Origin: Camelus ferus
Taxonomy: Eukaryota
NCBI RefSeq assembly: GCF_009834535.1
Contig: NC_045705.1
Coordinates: forward strand, 32,426,001-32,490,000
Direction of reading: 5' to 3'
Length of the DNA stretch: 64,000 nt
Positions 12,304 through 25,623 of this stretch are shown one piece after another. Below the pieces are notes generated by a model. The model had not been told where the DNA came from, made no database searches, and worked only from the letters and a program-made list of their open reading frames with translations. Numbering within the stretch: the first letter of the stretch is position 1; every line of letters begins with the position of its first letter. The position numbers and the translations under genes were made by a program.

Positions 12304-14100
12304 CAAGCAAAAACCAAGATTTATCCCCCCCTTTATTGGGTTTACTATTTCTCTAATATTACAGTCTACTGATGCACATTTCCAGGTTTCTTAAAAAAAA
12401 AAAAGTGTGTGCTTCAAGGCAGTGTAGAATAGCAGAAGATCACTAATTTAGAAGCAACATTTTCAGTAATTTAGCGTAAATTGCATGTAATTACCTTTAT
12501 ATTTAATGTGGTGAAATTCTATATTTTTGTCTGCTTAGAGCCCACTCAGAGACTCTTGATTTGCAATTTCATTTAAAAAGAATAATTTCTATTCCTTAAA
12601 AAAAAAAAAAGAGAGAAAATAAAAAACAAACAATAACAACAACAAAAACCCAGGAGCTCTGATGCCCGGAAGTTTTAAACCAAAAATAATTATCTTACCT
12701 TAACATGTGATTCACCTCCTACTCTGCTATAATTTTTTATCTGTGGGTTTTTAAGGTATTTTAGATACATTTCATGTCATTATATACATGGTTATCTGAC
12801 TTATGTGCTTTATCATAGTTTGAAAGAGTTCCTGTGGGCTTAATGTGCAGAAGGATTTCAAATCACATCTAGGAATCCATGTATGTCTCATCTTTGGCGC
12901 GTTTTATCTTGTGTCTATGGTATCGTGCATCATCATGATTTTAAACATTTTTTTCTTTAAAGTATTGTATCAAAAAAAAAAAGTATTGTATCCCATAATC
13001 CAAAGGGAATTTTTACAAAGCTTCACTATGTAAAACCACTACCAGTGACCTCTTTTCCTCCCAGTTGGCCCAGATTTCTTTGTAGTTCCCTAGTTTCTTG
13101 CATGACATAGTGCTTCTGATTTGTTACACACAAGGTAGTGTATTTCAATCTTAATGAAAATGCTGCAAGGGGAAAAATATTTTAAGCAAATTTATATCAA
13201 AAGAACTTGCATTAAAATGCTGGTAAAATGGATTAAAATTAGAAGATAAGTAATCCCAAAGAATAACAACTCAATTGTTCAAGTTTACTCGTGAATAGGG
13301 GGTAGGGACTGGGGTAAGTTGCATGTGTTACAGCCTTCCAATTCCTCACCTATCTAACACTATAGCTCCGCCAAAGGAGTCACATTCCAGAGAATAAATT
13401 TATATATAAAACCTTTTCCAGGAGAGTTACCATCACTATTAAAAAAGAAAAAAACAAAGAACTATATATTTGACATTTGAAAAATACTTCCAGGTAACAG
13501 AGACTCATTGAATCATGGAATCTTTATCCTTTCCAACAACCCTGCAAAATACTTTGCTTTGTATAGGAGAACAAACAGTTTTAGATAATTTACACTATTT
13601 GCCCAATTAACCCTTTGTCTATACCATACATAAGGTACGGCAGAAACTGTATTTACATACACTTATTTCCCAGTATGTTTCACCATATACACAAAAATAA
13701 TCCCAACTGAGACCCATTATACTTTCCTTATTCATACACTTATCCGTATCTGCCAAGCACTAACTTTTCAGCCAGTACCACCTGAAGGTATAAAATCTTT
13801 CATAGGACTATGTTTTGAGTAGTGGGTTAAATGAACTTTTGGAATTTGTGGTTTGAAATTTTTATTATATAATTGTCATATGTATTATGTTCTATTATTG
13901 ATGCATTTTATAAATGTCATTATGTGATTGTACCATATAAATAGTAAAAGGAAAATTTTAAAGAATGGTTAAATAACTGCCCATATATTTAATACCTGAA
14001 GCTTTAACATTGTTTTATTGTGCTTTCTTTTTTGTTTTGTTATCCATATTTATGTAACTCTGTCTGTCTGTCTCTCTATATCTGTCTATATGTGTATCAT

Positions 14101-14251
14101 CAGGGTTTCTCAGCTTTGATACAATTGTGACCACTGGCTGAATATTGTTACAGTTTGGAAAGTAAATACAGTGAAATACTGAACAGCTTAACTGGCCTCA
14201 AACCATTAAATATTATCTGAGGAGTAAAATCACTACATTAGAGAACCACTG
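14101..14251 (-). mobile_element. MER20-like MITE, internally deleted, paralogous to 6598
   Basis: Termini cagggtttctca...gagaaccactg, at the same position relative to the ATG. Confidence 0.6.
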
Positions 14252-14451
14252 ATCTATTTCCATATTTTTTTCTATCTCTAGATTTTAATGTCTGGCAGAT
14301 GAGTCTATTTTCAAATATTCTAACCTGGAATGTTTAAATGAATCTTATTCACACTAGCTTTGCATACTAACACATCTCAGAGGAGATAATTCATAAAATC
14401 TATTGACTATGCTGATGTCTCTATTCAGAATACCTTCTCTAATAAGTCTGG

Positions 14452-15393
14452 ATGGAAAACTACAATCAAACAGTGCTGAGCAAATTCATTCTCATGGGCA
14501 TCACAGACCGCCCTGAGCTGCAGGCTCCGTTATTTGGGCTCTTCCTCGTCATCTACGTGATCTCAGTGGTGGGCAACTTGGGCATGGTCATCCTCACTAT
14601 GGTGGACACCAGGCTGCAGACACCCATGTACTTCTTCCTCAGACACCTGGCTCTTACTGATCTGGGTTATTCAACTACCGTAGGACCCAAAATGTTGGTA
14701 AACTTTGTTGCAGATCAAAATAAAATCTCCTATTATTTCTGTGCCTCACAACTAGCTTTCTTTCTTGTGTTCATCATTAGTGAACTTTTCATTCTGTCGG
14801 CAATGTCCTATGACCGCTACGTGGCCATCTGTAACCCTCTGCTCTACACAGTCGTCATGTCTCAAAGGGTGTGTCGGGTGCTGGTGGCAGTCCCCTATCT
14901 CTATAGCACATTTGTGTCTCTTCTAGTCACTGTAAAGATATTTAATTTATCCTTCTGTGGCTACAATGTCATTAAGCATTTCTACTGTGACAGTCTTCCT
15001 TTGATATCTTTGCTCTGCTCAAACACTCATGAAATTGAACTGATTATTCTGATCTTAGCAGGTTTTAATTTGATTTTCTCCCTTCTGATAATTCTCGTGT
15101 CTTACCTGCTCATTCTTGAATCCGTTCTCAAGATGAACTCTGCTGAAAGTCGGCACAAGGCTTTTTCTACCTGTGGATCCCACCTGACAGTGGTCACAGT
15201 GTTCTACGGGACTTTGATTTTTATGTATGTGCAACCAGAGTCCAGTCATTCCTTTGACACTGATAAAGTGGCATCTATATTTTATGCCCTTGTCATCCCC
15301 ATGTTAAATCCCTTGATCTATAGCTTGAGGAACAAAGATGTGAAATGTGCCCTACAAAGGACGTGGAAAAAACTATACAATGTTTTCTCTTAA
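14452..15393 (+). CDS. OR8K3-like: Olfactory receptor OR8K3-like, intact 313 aa
   Basis: All OR motifs are present: NQT sequon, [38 protein letters not shown]. Confidence 0.95.
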   Translation: MENYNQTVLSKFILMGITDRPELQAPLFGLFLVIYVISVVGNLGMVILTMVDTRLQTPMYFFLRHLALTDLGYSTTVGPKMLVNFVADQNKISYYFCASQLAFFLVFIISELFILSAMSYDRYVAICNPLLYTVVMSQRVCRVLVAVPYLYSTFVSLLVTVKIFNLSFCGYNVIKHFYCDSLPLISLLCSNTHEIELIILILAGFNLIFSLLIILVSYLLILESVLKMNSAESRHKAFSTCGSHLTVVTVFYGTLIFMYVQPESSHSFDTDKVASIFYALVIPMLNPLIYSLRNKDVKCALQRTWKKLYNVFS

Positions 15394-16145
15394 AGTTTAT
15401 GTACTGTAGGAATCCTGTGCATTAGGTTGCAGGCTTCAAACTTTGCTCCATGTGTCTCCAAAAGGAGTAACAAGCACAAATATGTTCAAAACCCATATAG
15501 AGATGGTCTTCTATGTGCCAGTCACACTTCTATGCATTGTACATACATTAGCACATAAAACTGCAAACACTGTCTGCCTTCCTTGATGAGGAAAGATGAA
15601 TTATAAATATAATCAAGGAAATTTTATCATACCTCAGAATGCATGAGGACGTTACAGACTCTAAGAGCAGATAAGGAGATTGGGTATACCAGATGGGCGT
15701 GAGGATGAATAGTAGGTACAAAAGGGGAGTTCAGATGATTATTGTTATTTTCAACTATTAGAATAAACTTCCCCGTGTCTACACGTATATTTGGGCAGGT
15801 GCATGTGTTTTTGTGTAAGTACACCCTTCTGTTTTGGCTTCATACTCGTCTAAGGCATGTGTTAAACTTGAACTTATTGTGGTTTCAAAGAGGCTCATTG
15901 TAGTGTAATGATTTGAACACATCAATCATCTGAATTTGTTCAGATGCTCCCATACCACATGGGGGATCTTAGGATCCTGTTCTATTCTCATCAGTGCAGT
16001 TGTTTTCATATCTACGTCCTGCAAAGTCTATTAGCTCAACTTACTCAGGGATTCAGTAACTCACAAAAGTCAGCACATCTTCGTAATCTAAGTCAGTCTG
16101 TGTCTCTACAGAAGTGGAAATGCCAATTAAGACATGTTTTCTTGA

Positions 16146-16335
16146 CTGTAATTAACAGTACTGTGCTGTGTACTGGAAAGTTGTTAAGAGAATCGGTCTT
16201 AAAAATTGTCACCACAAAAAAGAAATGGTAATCATGTGATCTGAGGTGTTAGCTAATGCTAAATTGTAATCATATTGCACTATATCAGTGTTATTATCTG
16301 TCAATTCTGTCAGTAAAGCTGGAAGAAAACAAAAA
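16146..16335 (+). mobile_element. 5'-truncated L1MA-like 3' end
   Basis: gtcaccacaaaaagaaatggtaa...taaagctggaagaaaa, flanked by a TTTCTTGA repeat. Absent from the paralogous flank at about 27165-27185. Confidence 0.65.
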
Positions 16336-17017
16336 GAAATTTCTTGAGGTCCTCCATGGAAGCTTCCAATTTTAAAAATGTTTATTTACATTTCATAGGA
16401 ATCTTGATTTCTAACTGTTTGTTTGTGTCTAATAGGATTGCTACATTTCCTTATCTCTCTGAAAAAAAAATACTTCTTGATTAAAATTGCTTTTCCATCA
16501 TTTCTGTATCTTTGCATGAGAGATCTGCTCTATTGAACTAGGTTTGTTGCCTCTTATTGGGTTAAATATTGGTTCCTATGAGTGTGCAATATCTTTTATT
16601 AGGATCTAGTGTTTGACTGTCTTGGTTTGATAAACTCCCTGTAGGAAGCAAAGGGGAGAATCCCATGATTTCGTCTATCTTATATTTCTAGTGAAAATGT
16701 AGTAAGATACGTAGCAATTGTATTTATATGTTATGTTTCTCAACAAACATCTTCTAGCCCTTCTAAATTTCCACCTTTTTGTTTAATTGTAATATTTTTA
16801 ACATTTATGAAACTTTATTTACATAATAGAGAGACTGGACTGATTGTCCACCATCATGGGATAAAATTTTCTATGTAGTCAATCAAATTTAAATAAGAAT
16901 AAATCATTGGAATTAAAAAATTACATGTATATTTGCAAATGAGATTAAATAATAATAAAGTGTTTAAATAGTTGATTATTTTAATTATTAAGAAAAAATA
17001 TGTACTGAGGATGAACT

Positions 17018-17495
17018 TGAAGGAGTAGGAAATGAACTAACTTCCCTGATGTTAAAACTGTTTGTGGATTCTTTCCAGGAAATCCAGCAATTTGCTCTCT
17101 CTCCCTTACTGCTTTTGTGCTAAGCAATCCCCCAATTTCTCCCTTACATTCTTTACAACAGTTTTAATCCAGAGGATACACTCCAGGAAGAAGCTCATGA
17201 GCTGATAGATAATCTCAGAAGAATGGTCAGACCCTCCACAGTTCCCCCATGATGCCAGAAAGATTCATCAAGGTTAAGAGAAATGTAGCAGTGCCCTGTA
17301 AGTCTCCTGGTTGTTATTACCTTTTCTGTTCCATCTAGTTTTTCTTCAAAACTTCAAGGCCTTAACTCCAAGACAGATGCACAGTCTCTAAGGCATTTGC
17401 CTGGTGAAGCAATAAAGCTGTTCTTTTTTTCCCCAAAACTCTGCCTCCAAGTCTGCATCTGGCTTTCAGGGCACAGCAGCTATTCTGCAGCAACA
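17018..17495 (+). mobile_element. Solo ERV1-type LTR
   Basis: TG...CA termini, internal AATAAA and a 4-bp TSD AACT/ATCT. The empty site is at 1466-1469 in the paralogous unit. Confidence 0.8.
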
Positions 17496-18039
17496 ATCTT
17501 TGCAAAGATAAATGTAGACAAATAAATTTTGGTTTCCAGAAAATGTACCTTGGACAGATATACAGTGAAATGCTAACATTAGTTATTGGTGACTGCTAGA
17601 TTATGAAAATGTTTAATTAATACTTCTTAGTCACGTCCTCAAGTTATTTTCAGTGATTTTTTATTAACATTCTTGTAAGAAAAGGAAAAAAAAACCCTCT
17701 AATATGTGGATTTGAAAAACAAATAAACTATGACTAAACATAACACAATCTCTCATTTCTAAAATAAATCTTGATGTGGCTTTTATACTCCTTCAAATGA
17801 TAAACGATAAGAAAGACCAAAATGTTTCAAGATTTACAAATTTTGTTATTATATATTATTCATTTTAAAGGTTATTTTCTATTTCATTATTAAGTACACA
17901 TATAATTTATCTTAGTAAGTTGTATATTTTTACACAAAATATAAAAATTAAATCAGAAATTGGAACACAACTGAAATGTTTCATTTGATATTGTGAAGAA
18001 TATTAGAATATAATATAGCATTATAAGAAAACACAGCAG

Positions 18040-18864
18040 TATAAGTTATGCCCATTATGCAACAATTTTAATAAAAATTCTAGCAAATTGAATCTAGCAA
18101 TATGTAGAAACAACAATGTACCATGTTAGCCTTATCCCAGAAATGGGCTTTATCATTCAAAATTAAAATTACCATATTAAGAGAGTAAAAAGGAAAAATT
18201 TTTCTGACATCTCAATAAATTCAGCAAAACATGTTAAAGTTTCAATATGTTTTAGGAATAAAAACTTTGACCAAATGAATAAATGGAACTCCCTAAAACT
18301 GATAAAAGGGAACCAGTGAAAAACCTGCAGGGAACATCACATATCATATTAAAAACTCAAATACATTTTCATTAAATCAGAACCAAGGCAAGTAAGCCTC
18401 TTCTTTTCAACTACATTCAAATGGTACTGGAGGTTATATCTGTGAATGAGTCTGTCCCCTGCCATATCAGCAAACAAAGTATGGTGCAGCCATCAAGCCA
18501 TCAGCCACTGCAGCCACCCCTAGCTGTGTGCCCTGAGGGAACTCAGGATGGAGAAGAGCAGGATACTGACCCTAGGTAGTGAAGGTGCACATCAAGTAAT
18601 GATTTCAATGAGCTCAGCCTCCGGCATCTTTCCCACACATAGGAAAGCACTAAATTCATTAATTTGAAGTGTTTGTTTTTCTTTAACTCAAAGTAATCTT
18701 TTGCTGTTCCTGACTACCTGGTTTTTGTTACCAAAACCTCCTATATGTATTAGCTACTTCCTTAACTTTAGAGCAGTCCCTCAGAACTATCTGAGAGGCT
18801 GTCTTTCAGGCTTAGGTCCTCAGCAAGTCTGTTGAGTAAAACAGAATTCTCAATTTTTAGGTTT

Positions 18865-18895
<31 letters not shown>

Positions 18896-20170
18896 GTTGA
18901 CATGCCCAACACAATATGGCAAGGAAAAAGAAGAGAAAAAGTCAGATTGGAAAGCAGGAAGTTAAACTGTATTTATTGATACAGAGCAAGATTATAGAGG
19001 TGAAAATCTAATGGAATCTGTAGAAAAAATTGAACTAATGTGAATTTAGCATGATTTCAAAAGAAAGATCCGCACACAATTTTTTTTAAATTTCTGTACA
19101 TAAGCAATCAAAAATTAGAGGTGGAATTTTCAAGTACCTATTACAAATGTATCAAAACTATAAAATACTTAAAGATAAATCTGAAAAAAATTTGTAAGGC
19201 CTGTACACTAAACATTAGGAAACATTTCTGAAAAACATTAAAGAAGACTAACACGAAATAAATGAGAGCCATACTATAATTATTTGCTGGGTTATTCAAT
19301 ATTGTTAAAATACTACATTTTTCTTAATGCGAATCCAATAAAAATCCAAACAGGCATTTTTTTTTTTTTTGGTAGGAATTGAGAAGCTGAAACCAAAATA
19401 TATAAATGAATGCAAAAAAAACCTAGAATAGCTTAATTAACTTAGAAAAAAAGAAGTAATGTAATGCAAACACTAAGAGAACACTAAATAGTGTCTAGTC
19501 ATATTCCAAAGCTATAGTTATTTTTTTAAAAGTGGTACTGGTATAAGAAATGACAAACAGATCAATGAAACAAGATTGATAGACCTGAAACAGACTCATG
19601 CCTGGATGAGCAACAAATTTTCTACAAGGCAAAAGGAAAAGGGCATTTCATGAAGAAAGGATAAACTTTTCAACAAATAGGGACAGACTAATTAGATATA
19701 CGTATGCAAAATATTGAACTTTGATCTATAACTCATACAAAGAGACACAAAAAAGTGTATCATAGATGTAAATGTAGTACTGAAAAGTCTAAAAATTTCA
19801 GAATAAAACATAGTAGAAAATATTCATGACTTGGGAAATGTAAAGACTTCTTAGATAAAACAACAAAAGTAAAATCAATAAAATAAAAACTTGATACATT
19901 AGAAAACTTCAAAATTAAATCTTTTATTTTTCAAAAGATACACTTAAGAGGATGTAAAAACAACTTACATTCTGGAAAACATTATTTTCATGTAACCTAT
20001 TTCATAAAAGGATTGTTCCATAATATGTAGAGAAATCACAAAACAATAATAGTAAATAATAATATCTCCAGAATGGGTAAAATGTTTGAACAATTGCTTT
20101 ATCAAATAACATAGAAAGATGGTAAATAAGCACATAAGTTTTTCCTGTGATCTAAAGACATCAAAGGTAA
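18040..20170 (+). mobile_element. Old L1 ORF2 remnant, interrupted by an LTR
   Basis: ggtactggagg...ggcaaggaaaaagaa...gattggaaag L1 ORF2 signature. The sequence continues across the LTR. Confidence 0.75.
18441..18902 (+). mobile_element. Solo ERV1-type LTR nested in L1
   Basis: Ends ttagttgaca. Same family as 63598-64000 and related to 47499-47972. The 5' edge and TSD are uncertain. Confidence 0.75.
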
Positions 20171-20189
20171 ATATTCTTACCACGTCATT

Positions 20190-20447
20190 CTTTCAGGTCT
20201 CTGCCTGCAGTGCCAAGTTAAGAGAGGAAGGCAAAGTTTTCCTTTTGTCACTTCTTTTCCAAATTCGGACATGAGAAAATGAATTTCTAAGAATTAGTTC
20301 CTTGAGTTGTGACCCATGTGAATTTGGTTCCGGATGCCCTTGGTTTATCACTGATTGTTAGCTTCCCAGAAACTGTCATTGTTTTCCTTTGTCTCTGTCT
20401 TTTGTGTTGTTTACCATAAGGAGGAAAATCTATAAATGAGGGTCTCT
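20190..20447. mobile_element. Possible ERV internal (leader-like) fragment
   Basis: Composition resembles ERV leader sequence and the segment is absent from the paralogous units. Not identified to family. Confidence 0.3.
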
Positions 20448-20995
20448 TGAAACAGAGCAAGACCCAGTGGGTCCCTCTTGGATACAAAAGCCTTTCTGTT
20501 TCCCCCATCCCATGTTTGTAGGGAAAAGGCTTCAGCCTGGGTTCCAAAGGGTAGATTCAAACAATTACTAACCAGGGAAGTGAGGGAACACAGACACAAA
20601 GGAGCAGCAGCCAAGAAACAATAGTGCACAGATAAGCAGGGTCCTGGTTCCTCCTCAAGAGACATACGCAGATAGTAATGTACCTTTGTGTTCTTCTGCA
20701 GGAACTAAGGCCCCCACCAGATGGAGGAAGGCAAATTCAGGCTGAGCGCAAGGTTCCTAGAACACCTGTTATCTCACCACAAAACAATCAGAGAAGGGCC
20801 ACACACCCTGTGGCTCTCCCTCCAATTTTGCCTATAAAAACTCTTCCCTGCAAACTGCCAGGGAATTTCACATCTTTTGAGCATGAACCACCAGTCCTCC
20901 TTGCTCAGCCCTGCAACAGATCTGCTCCAGACCCCAATGTTTAGGTCAATTTGGCCTCACTGTGCATCGGGCACAAGAACTTGCGTTCAGCAACA
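20448..20995 (+). mobile_element. Solo LTR
   Basis: TGAAAC...CAGCAACA termini, TATAAAA box and a 4-bp TSD CTCT/CTCC. Confidence 0.8.
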
Positions 20996-21000
20996 CTCCT

Positions 21001-21733
21001 TGTTGGGGAACACAGCGGGCCGGTGTCTCTGGAGGTGAAAGAATCTACCAAAGATGAAGGAGGAGAAGAGTAAAGGAGTTTACGAGGGGTGCAGTCGGAG
21101 ACGACAGCAGCCACACAGATGAGAGGGGCCTGTGTGAGCACCGAGGGCCAGCTTCTGGGGTCTTTCATAGGGGAGGGTCACAGGTGCATGATCAGCTTGT
21201 GCACAAGGCTCTGATTGGTTGTAGGAGAGGTAAGACATTTAGGGTCTGTGAAGGGCAGTGGGGTTTATGACTCTCATAAGGTGGGCTGAAACAGGCCAGC
21301 CTGAGCAGCTGTGAGGTTAGGCATTACCTAGGGCTGTTAGTTTGTTGGGGCACAAACACCCAGTAAAGAATGTACTTCTGTGTTGCGGGATCACAGGCAG
21401 ACATCTGAGAGCCCAGAATAGGGGGTCGCTGGACTTTGAAGGATGTCATTTGGCCCCACACGCCTTTTTATGTGTCCTGAGAGCTTGTAACCAGCAGGAA
21501 TGTCCCCCCAGGTTTCTGCCAGCTGAGGGTGCAGGATGTCTGGCTTGCATTGGGAGGCTGACTGGCTGGGGCCGGAGACATGAAATGACAGGCAGCCAGC
21601 ACTTTTGCCAATTCTTAGGGAAATTAGCCTCAAGAAAACTTTTCAGTCCATAAGGGGACTTTGTCATTTCGATCATAATTGCCTTCTTAGTGCTGGGACA
21701 GTCCCATCCCACTGTCGCCTACCTGTTATCTCA
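21001..21733 (-). mobile_element. Solo LTR, same family as 33574-34160
   Basis: The reverse complement reads TGAGATAACAGG...CCCCAACA with a CCAAT box. Shares motifs (gagtcataaa, ctcaggctg, ccaatcaga) with the 33.6 kb LTR. No TSD found. Confidence 0.75.
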
Positions 21734-22240
21734 GATTAGTGCTTCTACAGCTGGAGGCACATGAAGGTCTTTGCTTTCTTAGGCTGTCTTTGGGAGTAAT
21801 TCCATGGCAAGGGCACTTGTGGTGATGGAATAGGTCTGTACTGGAAAGGGGCTGCACAGAATGGAATAACTAACGGTGCACTATGCAGTCAAGGGGAAAA
21901 GCAGCAGCACAGAAGTGGTGAACAGACCTATGAGAGAAAGTCAGAATGAAATGAGAAGTCACAGTGACTCTTTTCTGTCTCTGAGGGACAAGTAAAAACA
22001 GTCACATGGGCAACAAAGCCAGGAGGCAACACCTCATAGCAGCATCGTGTGTTATTTTAATTCCTTAAAAATGTGTAAGTGATGTAACAAGGCGGTGTTT
22101 AAACATTTCTACAGGTCATACGTTTGAGAAGACCACTGTGGAGGTGCTGACTCCTGACTGGCGTGCCCGATAGGCACAATGCTTTAATCGAGTGTCCTTA
22201 GGGCTACAAAAGGAGCTTGGTTTAACCAAGAGTGAAAAAT

Positions 22241-22323
22241 GGAAGGCAGGGAAGAAAGGAGGAAGGGAGGAAAGAATACAGACAGGAAGTCAGGAAGGAA
22301 GAAAGGAAGGAGAGAAAGAAAAG
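22241..22323. repeat. GGAA/purine-rich low-complexity tract
   Basis: Direct reading. Confidence 0.8.
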
Positions 22324-22392
22324 GCACTGGAAACAAATTGCCCGTGACAATTAAAGGACAATCTCCAGACATTTTGTTGTGCTCTCAATACT

Positions 22393-22529
22393 TTAGGGAT
22401 AATCAACAAATTGCTTGGCATTTCCTCAGGGAGAGTCTCCAAAGGGGAAAGAAATCCATAAACTGTTCTCACTACAAAGTGTAAGAAACACATGAGGGAG
22501 TCAAGACAGAGGCATCATTACAGGTAAAA
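22393..22529 (+). promoter_or_regulatory. Putative promoter and non-coding first exon of the 25624 gene
   Basis: TCCTCAGGGA at 22423-22432, then TCATTA and CAG|GTAAAA donor at 22524. Confidence 0.5.
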
Positions 22530-24716
22530 TGATGGACTATTTCATGTGACGCCTTTAAGTTTTCAATACCGTCAATGCTAAAGTGACATCTTCAAAATTT
22601 CACTTTAACCCAATGGCAAAGCCTGAGAAGAATGAGGCCATTTCTGATGAACTTCTCTTTGCTTTCCCGTACTCCGTCATGCCTGAGCTGGAATAGGACA
22701 CCTCCTCCTTTCTCTTCATATTAATTTTTTGAGTGGTTGACCGACTAAATGCCGAAAAGTATCTTTGAAACATCATCATGTTATTTCCTTTACAGAAACA
22801 ATACTGTCTCTAATGGAGGCCAAAACTGAGAGCAAGCGAAGCCTAACTAAAGAGAGGTGAATTTTTAGAAACTGGCAAAATTAAGAAGCTGTGAATATTT
22901 CATCTCTCATTTTGATATCTTCCCAAATTCTTATTTAATTAGTGCTCTAGGTGCTTTTTTTGTGACCCCCCAATTACAATTTAATATTTAATGATTATTT
23001 AAATAAATGTATGAGTCTTTCCAGATCCCTTGAAGGGACAAAAGGGGACTTCTGCCGCACACTGAGATGTGAAAAGCATTACTGGGATATTAGCAGACTT
23101 TTAAGGACCCAGTTTAATGGTTATGGTAGAATGTTCAGCATGTTTCTCAATTTCAAATGATCTGGCAGAAAGCAGATATGATTATCTCATGGAGTACAGC
23201 TTAAAAAAAATTACAATCAGTGTTCAACAAACTTGTTAAACTATGAAAAAGCTATTTGGGTCTTTGTGTAGAACGCTATAGCTTGTAAGAAAGAGAGAGA
23301 GAGAGAAAAATAATGACTTCCATCTTTTCTTACCTTACAGGGAAATTGGAATTTACCAAGTCTGATTTTTCTCAGCCTTACATATTTGCAAAACAAAACA
23401 ACAAAACAAAAACAAGGTTTATATTGCTTCTTAATAAATGTATCGTATTGAAGACATTTCTCTGTAATGACTGTCTACCTATACCCATTCCCATACTTCT
23501 GATATAAGAAGAGTGTGTGCATCCAGGTAAGGCAGGCTCTCACGAGGTCACAAAATTATAAGCAATATTTTAAGTGCATTAAATGCAAATTTCATATAAT
23601 CATTTTCATATTTCATGTTATAAAATTGTGTGTTTTTATTGATTTTCTTCTAGATCGGAGACTACTGTCACTGTAGTTTTTATTGTAACCAGTATAATTT
23701 CTATTCTTTTTAAGGAAAACATTCAGGCTCACAGTATTTTAAATTTAATAATTCTCTTACCTAATTTGCCATCTACCTTATTCTGGTATGTTCTTAATCT
23801 GTGTATTATTAGGGACATTCAGACACATTTCTATTTGATTATATAAAAATGTTTATCTGTGTTTTATATTATATCACAGTTTGAAGGAGCTCCTGTGGCC
23901 TTAAGATGTAGAATTTAAGGTAAAAACCAAGGACCCACGTACAGCCATTCTACACTGCACATAATTTCAGCCATACAGTGTTGTGTAACACAGGGAATTT
24001 AAACACTTTATTTTAAAGTATAGTATCTCTTTATCCAAAGGAGGTTTTTATAACATTCAATAAATAAAAACAATGCAAATTACTCCTCTTTCTTTCAGTT
24101 TGCTCAGATTTCCACATATACTTCTGGGTTCTTGCATGGTAAAGTGCGTTTGAATTGTTACATACAAGTTAGTAAATGTCAATTTTGGTGAAAATGTCTC
24201 TAAGGGAAGACAAATATTTTAAGAAATTTATATCAAAATAAACTTACATTCATACTTCTCTAAAATAGCTAAGACATTTAAAAGGTAAATAATTCCAAAA
24301 TAATAGCACCTTGGTGGTCCAATTTTAGTCACAGAGAAGGGGGAAAGGGTAGGGCTTAGAGTACATCACAGGCATCCCATCCTACTTGACCTGTTCCTCA
24401 CCTGTTGATCATCATAGCCCTGGCAGAGAAGATGCCACACTGCAGAAGAATTTACCCACGAATATGTAAAGAAATGCTCTGTGAGTTTAATTATTGTCAC
24501 TATTAAAAAGAATAAAAATAAAAACTCCAATGTACTTAACTTCCAAGTAGTATAGACACATTGACATATTTAATCTTTTCATTTTGTACCCAACCATCCT
24601 GTAAGGATGTATTGGTTTTGTATATGACAATAAAGTTTCATGTAAGTTAAATTATTTGCCAAAAGTAATCTGGTAACCCTTTGTATATACTATAAATGGA
24701 GTTATTACAACACAGA

Positions 24717-24744
24717 TATATATATATGTGTGTGTGTGTGTGTG
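24717..24744. repeat. (TA)n(TG)n microsatellite
   Basis: Direct reading. Confidence 0.85.
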
Positions 24745-25132
24745 TCTCATATGTTTCTTCACATAAAGACAATTCTCACTGCAATCTGTTACAGTTTTCT
24801 TATTTATACACCTGTCTAATATGTGCCAAGTGTCTTAATTTTTTCAGCCTGTATCACTCATATACAGGATTTTATAGAACTATGTGTTGTGTAGTGGATT
24901 CAATACTTTTTGGAGTTTCTGGCTCTACATTTCCATTAGAATTTTTGTTTAATTGTGTAATATAGTTGATTATATAACTGGCACATGCATTGAGCCATAT
25001 TATTAAATGTAATTTATACATGTCACTATGTGATTGCAATTATGTAAATGACTAACAGAAAACCCAAAAGAACAACACAATAATAGTTTACATATGTAAC
25101 CTTCAAATTTTTAGGTTTTAACTTTTTTCTTT

Positions 25133-25220
25133 ATATGTATCTATGTATCTTACGTGTCTACACCTATCTATGTATCTCTGTATGTATCTCTTTAGCTATC
25201 TATCATCTATCTATCTATAT
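25133..25220. repeat. Degenerate (TATC/TATG)n tract
   Basis: Direct reading. Similar tracts lie next to the MER20 copy at about 6550-6595. Confidence 0.7.
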
Positions 25221-25225
25221 CAAAT

Positions 25226-25420
25226 TGGCTTTTCAACCTTAGCAGTATTGAGATTTGGGACTGATATGGGTCATTATAGAATGAATGTTTAGAAGCATAA
25301 CTGACCTCTAACAATTATATGCCAACAGCATCCACCTCCCAGCTGTGAAAACCAACAAATCTTCTGGACATTAATAAATGTTCTTAGGTTAGTAAAATAA
25401 CTTCTATTTGAAAACCAGTG
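25226..25420 (-). mobile_element. MER20-like MITE, paralogous to 6598 and 14101
   Basis: ttttcaaccttagcagtattgag...ttgaaaaccagtg, at the same position before the ATG. Confidence 0.6.
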
Positions 25421-25623
25421 ACTGTCTCTGTTTCTATCTGTATTCATGCATATTAGGATATGTAAGAGATGGGCTGATTTTCAAATATCCTAAATAGGAA
25501 AGTTTAAATGTATCTTATTTATTACACTAGCTTTGCACACTAAAAATATCCCAAGTGATAATACATAAAACCTGTTGACTACGCTGATGTCTCTATTCCA
25601 AATAGGTTTCCTGAAAAACCTGG

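Noticed and set aside
20996-21737. Target-site duplication for the minus-strand LTR
   Set aside because: The flanks TCCT and GATT do not match, so no shared-target claim is made here.
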